Source: Candidatus Woesebacteria bacterium RIFCSPLOWO2_01_FULL_39_61 | Lineage (GTDB): Bacteria; Patescibacteriota; Microgenomatia; UBA8517 | Length of the DNA: 62,182 nt | Reading direction: 5' to 3' | NCBI GenBank assembly: GCA_001793155.1 | Contig: MGHI01000029.1 | Span: 1 to 62,182, forward strand | Part shown: positions 56,888-62,182 of the stretch, one piece after another | Numbering within the stretch: position 1 is the stretch's first letter | Layout of the letters: the number at the start of each line of letters is the position of its first letter | Position numbers and translations under genes: made by a program | Notes under the pieces: generated by a model | Seen by the model: only the letters and a program-made list of their open reading frames with translations | The model's database searches: none | What the model was told of the DNA's origin: nothing

Positions 56888-58275
56888 TTTGGTAACAATA
56901 TTTCTGTCGAATCGCTATAAGCACTCACGTTGTAATTCTGGTCGATGTAACTGTTAATATTAGGCATGAAAGTAGTTACTTTTATACCTGAAATTGTAAT
57001 ATTTTTGTCTCTTACAATAACCTTGGGCGGGTTACTTATTATAGCTGATAAGATTTTATTTTCTGCTTCGTACATAAACCAGGGAAATTGAAAAACAAAA
57101 AGACTTCCCGGAGGTAATGTATTCGTTTGCTGGTATATATGTGGAAAAGTACCCATTGCAAAGATAACATCTTTTGGAGTTGTAAGTTCGGCTACCTTAA
57201 ACGACACCTGTTTCTCGAAATCCCCGAAAAATAAAACGTTACTTCCGGTTAAACTTTGATACCGGGACGATGTTATTAAGATTGACACTAAAACGTAAAT
57301 CCCAGCGATTAAATATTTCTTTCTATGAACCAGTTTTTTGATTAAGTAAGTAAGTATTAATAATGCAAAAACCAATGACGGTTGCAGATGAACAAAATCA
57401 AATCTTGCATAAGCAAAAGCCAAAGTACTGATGAAGAAAAGTACAACCAAGATAAAGTTTGGTTTCTTTTCTTTTTTGATAAACAAAATATAAGAGATTA
57501 ATACAATCGATAGACCATATACTGGAATCAATTTCATAAGATCGGAAATTCCCGGATACTTTCTGCCCATCTGGGCAAATGTTGTGAGATTAAAGGTAAC
57601 AGTCCAAAAGATAAATTCCTTCCAAATTCCAAGTTTAAGTACCCAAAAAACCAAGGCGACAACCGGTATAAATAATCCGAACAGAAATGAAATTATATTC
57701 TTTACTCCTTCTGATGTAAAAAACAAATAAAGAAAGACCAGACCGATTAAAGGGATGGTGACCTGCTTAAATAAAAGGGCTACCCCAAGAAACAATCCTG
57801 ATAGAAATAAGCTTTTCTTTGTAAGTAAATAAAAAGCCAATAAAAGAATCGGTACGACAAATACATCTATCCACAAAACATATCCTTCCAAATACGGTTG
57901 CCAAATAAAATAAATAAGATTAACAAATAGTGCCCACTTTTCAGATCTATTTATTTTTTTGGCAGAAACATAAAGCATTATATGGGTGAAAACAATTATC
58001 CCAAATTGCCAATAACGCGCGTCAATAGGTGTATTCATACCTAAAGTACCAAGATTTATTGGGAAGAACATCAAACCCGGAAAATGTTGATCAAAAATCT
58101 GTTTATAAGGTAGCAACCCCTGGTTAGTCAGATATGGATATATGAACAACTCCGGGTACGGAAAAAAAACGAGATGTTTAAGTAAATACAGATGCAAACA
58201 AATTATAAGAATTAATAACACCCAAATATATTTCCGAAAAAAAATATTTTTACCAACTTTTTTAACTATAATCAT
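56884..58275 (-). CDS. Polytopic GT-C-like membrane protein
   Basis: PYKQIFDQHFPG, many TM segments, HLQP, C-terminal soluble domain. Confidence 0.7.
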   Translation of the reverse strand: MIIVKKVGKNIFFRKYIWVLLILIICLHLYLLKHLVFFPYPELFIYPYLTNQGLLPYKQIFDQHFPGLMFFPINLGTLGMNTPIDARYWQFGIIVFTHIMLYVSAKKINRSEKWALFVNLIYFIWQPYLEGYVLWIDVFVVPILLLAFYLLTKKSLFLSGLFLGVALLFKQVTIPLIGLVFLYLFFTSEGVKNIISFLFGLFIPVVALVFWVLKLGIWKEFIFWTVTFNLTTFAQMGRKYPGISDLMKLIPVYGLSIVLISYILFIKKEKKPNFILVVLFFISTLAFAYARFDFVHLQPSLVFALLILTYLIKKLVHRKKYLIAGIYVLVSILITSSRYQSLTGSNVLFFGDFEKQVSFKVAELTTPKDVIFAMGTFPHIYQQTNTLPPGSLFVFQFPWFMYEAENKILSAIISNPPKVIVRDKNITISGIKVTTFMPNINSYIDQNYNVSAYSDSTEILLPK

Positions 58276-59750
58276 TTGACCCAGTAGAAAACCTGCCCCA
58301 CACCGATAAAATTGTATACTTCCAATATTATAAAACCGTCTTTAATAAGCACTTCTTCAACAAACTTATTAGGATCGGAAATATCGCTTAAATATTCAAA
58401 ATAATAAACTCCATTTCTGTCTCGTATCGTTTTTTGAGTTTTTTCATATGTTTTTTCACGATTCGCAGAAATACTATCTGTCACTCCCTGGGATAAAACT
58501 TTTCCGGTTGCGTACCACCTGTAGGGTGTAAACGGTTCCGGATATTCAAAAATTGCTACCTCGTCATTTTTTGCATTTTTTTCAACAAAGGAGGTTACTC
58601 CTCTCCATTGTTCGCGTTGTTGATACTCATCTTGAATATAAACCATCCATGAAAATATGTTTATAACAAGTACACAAATCGTTAGAAATTTCACGAATAA
58701 CTTATTGTGGAAAGATGATATCCCAAAAGCGACAATTAGGTAAAACGCTGGAAGCAGATAAAGAAATCTGAAATAAATAAAAGCTGGAAAAAATAAGGAT
58801 AAGAGAAGTCCCGAAAAAAGAGGAATTAATAACCACATCCAAAGGAAATAGATTTTTCTTCTCACAACAATAGACGTCAAAAGAGCGATTGAAATAGGAA
58901 TTGATGATAATAAAATAACTGAGTAATAAATGAGTCTATTACTAAAAGAAATTCTACCGAGACTAAATTTAATCCAAACTAGAACAATCTGTTTGAAAGT
59001 TGCTCCTCCTGCAATTTCCTTCCATCCGGTAAGGGTTTCCATAAGCCACCTTCCGTGCTGGGATTGAGTCATGAATATCGGCATCCACAATATACCAAAA
59101 AAAACTACTGGTAAATGTACCGCGATAAAATTCCTCCACCAATATTTATTTTTCCGTAAAATATATGCCCAGATCCACATAACTGGAAAAAGAAGTACGG
59201 GCAGATAATCAGTAAATATAAGAGCAGTTATTGAGACCGAAAAGAGATACCAAAATCTTGGTTTCGTCTCCGGATCCGTCAAACATAAAAACTGATAGAT
59301 TGTGAGGCTCGCTAAAAAGGCAGCCATCGAATACATTCTTGCTTCCTGTGAATAATAAATATGAAGCTGAGAAGTTGCCAAGAAAAGAGTCGAAAGGAAG
59401 GTATATAAGAAACTTCCACCCGGATTAAGTTTCTTAGAAATAAGGTATGTTAAGTAAATCGTAAATAATCCAAATATTATAGAGGGAGCTCTTAGTGCTA
59501 ACTCCGAATAACCAAAATAATCAGTCCAGGCTTTAAGCGTTAAATAATACAGCGGAGGATGATTGTCATTTCGTATAAATTCACTCAGAATCCCAGTATA
59601 TGAATAGTTTTTTACCGCTTCCGCCCCAATTGCTTCATCTAACCAAAGAGATTGATTAATATTTGCAAGTCTAAGAAAAAGAGCAATGATAATTACGATA
59701 AAGATAAAAACTTTCGTGTCAAAATATTTTATTGTTAACGTTCTCACCAT
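58272..59750 (-). CDS. GT-C-fold membrane glycosyltransferase (PMT/ArnT-like)
   Basis: SLWLDEA, DNHPPLYY, SELALR, YYSQEARMYS; start placed at MVRT (59750), coupled to the upstream stop. Confidence 0.85.
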   Translation of the reverse strand: MVRTLTIKYFDTKVFIFIVIIIALFLRLANINQSLWLDEAIGAEAVKNYSYTGILSEFIRNDNHPPLYYLTLKAWTDYFGYSELALRAPSIIFGLFTIYLTYLISKKLNPGGSFLYTFLSTLFLATSQLHIYYSQEARMYSMAAFLASLTIYQFLCLTDPETKPRFWYLFSVSITALIFTDYLPVLLFPVMWIWAYILRKNKYWWRNFIAVHLPVVFFGILWMPIFMTQSQHGRWLMETLTGWKEIAGGATFKQIVLVWIKFSLGRISFSNRLIYYSVILLSSIPISIALLTSIVVRRKIYFLWMWLLIPLFSGLLLSLFFPAFIYFRFLYLLPAFYLIVAFGISSFHNKLFVKFLTICVLVINIFSWMVYIQDEYQQREQWRGVTSFVEKNAKNDEVAIFEYPEPFTPYRWYATGKVLSQGVTDSISANREKTYEKTQKTIRDRNGVYYFEYLSDISDPNKFVEEVLIKDGFIILEVYNFIGVGQVFYWVK

Positions 59751-60493
59751 CGCAGCTCTCTTTCCCAAACTTTTATCCAGGTTGTCATTCTGTAAATGGC
59801 CATTAGATAGGAAAGAACGAATCCTCGCCAACCATCAAGATATCCTTTCTTGTAAAAAAACCGTCTTAAAAAAGAAAATAATGGCGCAAAAAAAAGCATG
59901 AAATAAGAAAATTTCCTATTCTGAGAAACCATCTCATCCGCAATCCTGTCAGTGTAATCATTTATCATGTTCCAAAAATCGGATACTGTTTCATATTGGT
60001 AATGAATCTTTGCTCCTTTTAATTCGCTTGTCCAACCGTCGACAAAAACTTCTTCATGAACTTTTCCTATCCACTTCCCCTTATCTTTTCTCCATAGCCA
60101 AATATGCTTATCGGGGCTGAAGCGGGTATGTTTTATCTCGGCGCCAAAAATAATGTTCTTTCTGGGAATAAGATAGCCGTTAATGTCTTTTACTTTCACG
60201 ACGATTTTCACTTCCTCGGCCAGTTCCTCGGTTGCGACCTCATCTGCGTCTATTGAAAAAATCCACTCATTTTTTGACTTGCTTACTGCAAAATTCTTTT
60301 GTGTCGAATAGTCATCGAACTTTCTGAAAAAAACTTTGGCGCCAAGCCTTTTGGCTATATCGCAAGTCTTATCACTACTTCCGCTGTCAACAATCACAAT
60401 TTCGTCGGCAAACTTTTTTACCGAAGCTATGCATTTTTCTATATTTTTTTCTTCGTTAAGTGTAATTATTGTTACTGAAATTTTTTGCATCAA
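59744..60493 (-). CDS. GT2 glycosyltransferase (WaaE/KdtX-like)
   Basis: ITLNEE, VDSGSSDKT, QKNFA, IDADE, VHE, LDGWRG. Confidence 0.92.
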   Translation of the reverse strand: MMQKISVTIITLNEEKNIEKCIASVKKFADEIVIVDSGSSDKTCDIAKRLGAKVFFRKFDDYSTQKNFAVSKSKNEWIFSIDADEVATEELAEEVKIVVKVKDINGYLIPRKNIIFGAEIKHTRFSPDKHIWLWRKDKGKWIGKVHEEVFVDGWTSELKGAKIHYQYETVSDFWNMINDYTDRIADEMVSQNRKFSYFMLFFAPLFSFLRRFFYKKGYLDGWRGFVLSYLMAIYRMTTWIKVWERELRW

Positions 60494-61503
60494 TTTCCTC
60501 TTAGTTCTCTGAATAAACTCTCGTATTTGTCGGAAATAATATCCCAGGAAAATTTTTGCGCCTGCATTTTGGGTTTATCGTACCATTTAGCTAATAAAGC
60601 TTTCTTAAGGGCTAGGGAATAAGAGTGATTATCGTTCGGATTAACCAAAAATCCCGCATCGTCAACAATTTCCGCACGAATAGGATCGTTATTGACAACC
60701 ACGGGAATATTAGTCGCCAGCGCTTCCACGATGGCTATTTCGAATGAGTAATAAGGTTGTGAAACAAGTGTAAAAACATCAGCTATCCGGTATACACTCG
60801 GCATTTCTTCGAACGGTGAGCTAATAATTTGAAACCTTTCACCGAGTAATGTCTTTCCCATTTCATTTAATTTTTGTCTATCGGGTCCATCCCCGACTAT
60901 AAGCAAACTGGAACTTTTCATTCGAGACACCGCTTGTATTACCAAATCTACCCTTTTTGTCGGAGTAAGAGCAGAAACTGTAAGAATTATTGGTTTTTTA
61001 AGATGAGTCTTTAAACTTTTCCCCTCCGGTGTAAATTTCGTGACATCGACTCCATTGGGAATATATTCAATTTTCACAAAAGGATTAACTTTCTTGGCCC
61101 ATTTTTTTGCATATGTTGAGAGGGCAACAAAGCGATCAGGAAAACACCAAAGGTTGTTCTTATCGTCCCAACCGATTCCGGATTGCCCGCTTATTATCAT
61201 TTTCCCTCCATATAACCATGTAACCATCCTAATTAATGCAGGTTGCCAACCCCCGTTAATTGGAATTACAATATCAAATTTTTCTCTCCAAATTTTATTG
61301 AGATTTTTAAATGTAAAGGTGAAAGTGTAAAATCCGTGTGGATCCATGAAGGCTCTCCATAAAAAAGGCCATCTTCTAGGTATTTTTCTGTCTCCTAAAA
61401 TTAAAGTAACTTCGTTTTTTTTGAACAGTTCATTCGATAACTCATTTACAAAAGTTTCTGCGCCTCGCGTATTTGAGTAACCGTTCAAAAATGCGATTTT
61501 CAT
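60490..61503 (-). CDS. GT4 glycosyltransferase
   Basis: RGAETF, IPNGVD, VSALTPTKR, VGDGP, EALATNIPVV; start placed at MKIAFL (61503), ATGA-coupled to the upstream gene. Confidence 0.92.
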   Translation of the reverse strand: MKIAFLNGYSNTRGAETFVNELSNELFKKNEVTLILGDRKIPRRWPFLWRAFMDPHGFYTFTFTFKNLNKIWREKFDIVIPINGGWQPALIRMVTWLYGGKMIISGQSGIGWDDKNNLWCFPDRFVALSTYAKKWAKKVNPFVKIEYIPNGVDVTKFTPEGKSLKTHLKKPIILTVSALTPTKRVDLVIQAVSRMKSSSLLIVGDGPDRQKLNEMGKTLLGERFQIISSPFEEMPSVYRIADVFTLVSQPYYSFEIAIVEALATNIPVVVNNDPIRAEIVDDAGFLVNPNDNHSYSLALKKALLAKWYDKPKMQAQKFSWDIISDKYESLFRELRGN

Positions 61504-62180
61504 TGCCTTATCTCCTCGAGTGCGGTATCCAGAATCCTTGGATTTTGGTGTAGATAATTCTGCCTGACATACCTGATATCTAACTTCCATATGGAGGTCA
61601 TAAGTCTATACAGATGAAAGCGATTTTCGTCAAATCTTAGAGCGGCTCCTGACATTAAATCTTTATAATAGTCACCCTTTGTTCCTACAGAAAAAATAGC
61701 AATGTCATATAAAGGGTCTCCGATTTTGGCGTCGTTGAAATCTAATATTCCTGATAGTTTGTTTTTCACAACAAGTATGTGCATGGCAGAGATATCGCCG
61801 TGAATCAACCTACCCTGCTTAATATCCAAGGTTTGTCTAGCAGATAATATTTCATCTCTTACCCGATCTATATTATTAACTACGATTGTAAGTTTTTCTT
61901 TTTGTTCGTTGCTTAATCGCGATCCAATAAAACCAGCTTTTTGGTCAGCTTTAAATTTTTTTCTCACTCTGTCTGTCCTCCTGTCGTAAGACTGGAGAAG
62001 ATAATCGGACCATAAACTTTTGCTACCTTGAATTTGCCCAGTCTTTCTAAAATACTTTGCATCGATGGAGCCAAAACCAGGAAATTTTAAATCGTACACA
62101 ATAGCCATTTGTTCTCCTACCTCCTTAATAACTTGAGGCCAATTTTCCTTTTCTGCTTCTGCTAAACTGACCCCGGGCAA
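61500..62180 (-). CDS. APH-like phosphotransferase (5' end outside the window)
   Basis: LIHGDISAMHIL, LDFND, GDPLYDIA. Confidence 0.8.
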   Translation of the reverse strand: MPGVSLAEAEKENWPQVIKEVGEQMAIVYDLKFPGFGSIDAKYFRKTGQIQGSKSLWSDYLLQSYDRRTDRVRKKFKADQKAGFIGSRLSNEQKEKLTIVVNNIDRVRDEILSARQTLDIKQGRLIHGDISAMHILVVKNKLSGILDFNDAKIGDPLYDIAIFSVGTKGDYYKDLMSGAALRFDENRFHLYRLMTSIWKLDIRYVRQNYLHQNPRILDTALEEIRQ

Positions 62181-62182
62181 CT

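Noticed and set aside
131-61330. The many 60-150-aa ORFs antisense to or nested in long genes (e.g. 131..328, 2219..2401, 9923..10465, 21490..21819, 32748..33086, 48162..48572, 52905..53261)
   Set aside because: They are shadows of well-supported genes on the other strand or frame, with no recognisable motifs or independent start signals.
1894-61590. N-terminal extensions in the ORF track for ftsZ, murC, murE, murA, the acyltransferase, the 58272 GT-C and the 60490 GT4
   Set aside because: Downstream ATGs match family N-termini and/or give stop-start coupling; the extensions run through spacers or neighbouring genes.
1-62182. tRNA/rRNA genes, alternative genetic code, prophage
   Set aside because: No tRNA or rRNA-like sequence was seen in the short spacers; TGA serves as a normal stop in coupled gene pairs; no phage hallmark genes.

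Overview
A 62-kb bacterial chromosomal window, almost entirely minus-strand. Gene content and style (glyQS-type glycyl-tRNA synthetase, DUF4012-like protein, few Shine-Dalgarno motifs, compact Mur ligases) suggest a Patescibacteria/CPR organism, probably Microgenomates; this taxonomic call is inference. It has three blocks. (1) A division/cell-wall (dcw) cluster, mraZ-rsmH-ftsL-ftsI-murA-murE // murC-murB-murL-murD-hydrolase-murF-DegT aminotransferase-Fem-mraY-ftsW-murG-ftsQ-ftsA-ftsZ. It carries the alternative MurL/MurD2 route to D-Glu, a non-DNPR MurE and a Fem ligase. (2) An oppositely oriented island of about 10 kb that splits the dcw cluster: PP2C-like phosphatase, two-subunit ATP-citrate lyase, YdjC deacetylase, YvcK/GlmR, GT2, NodB deacetylase, kinase-like protein and GlmU-like enzyme, closed by a convergent HAD phosphatase. 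(3) glyQS, DUF2130 and recO, then a large surface-glycosylation locus (6 GT4, 2 GT2, 3 GT-C-like, O-antigen-ligase-like, initiating sugar transferase, ManC). This locus is interrupted by a cassette of two phospho-histidine (PEP-utiliser swivel) proteins plus a NUDIX hydrolase. Small palindromic elements are scattered throughout: a 39-bp repeat present twice 42 kb apart, IS200/IS605-like end remnants, and palindromic or heptamer inserts read in frame inside rsmH and two GT4 genes. No rRNA, tRNA or CRISPR array was seen. All product calls come from motif recognition by eye; no database search was run.
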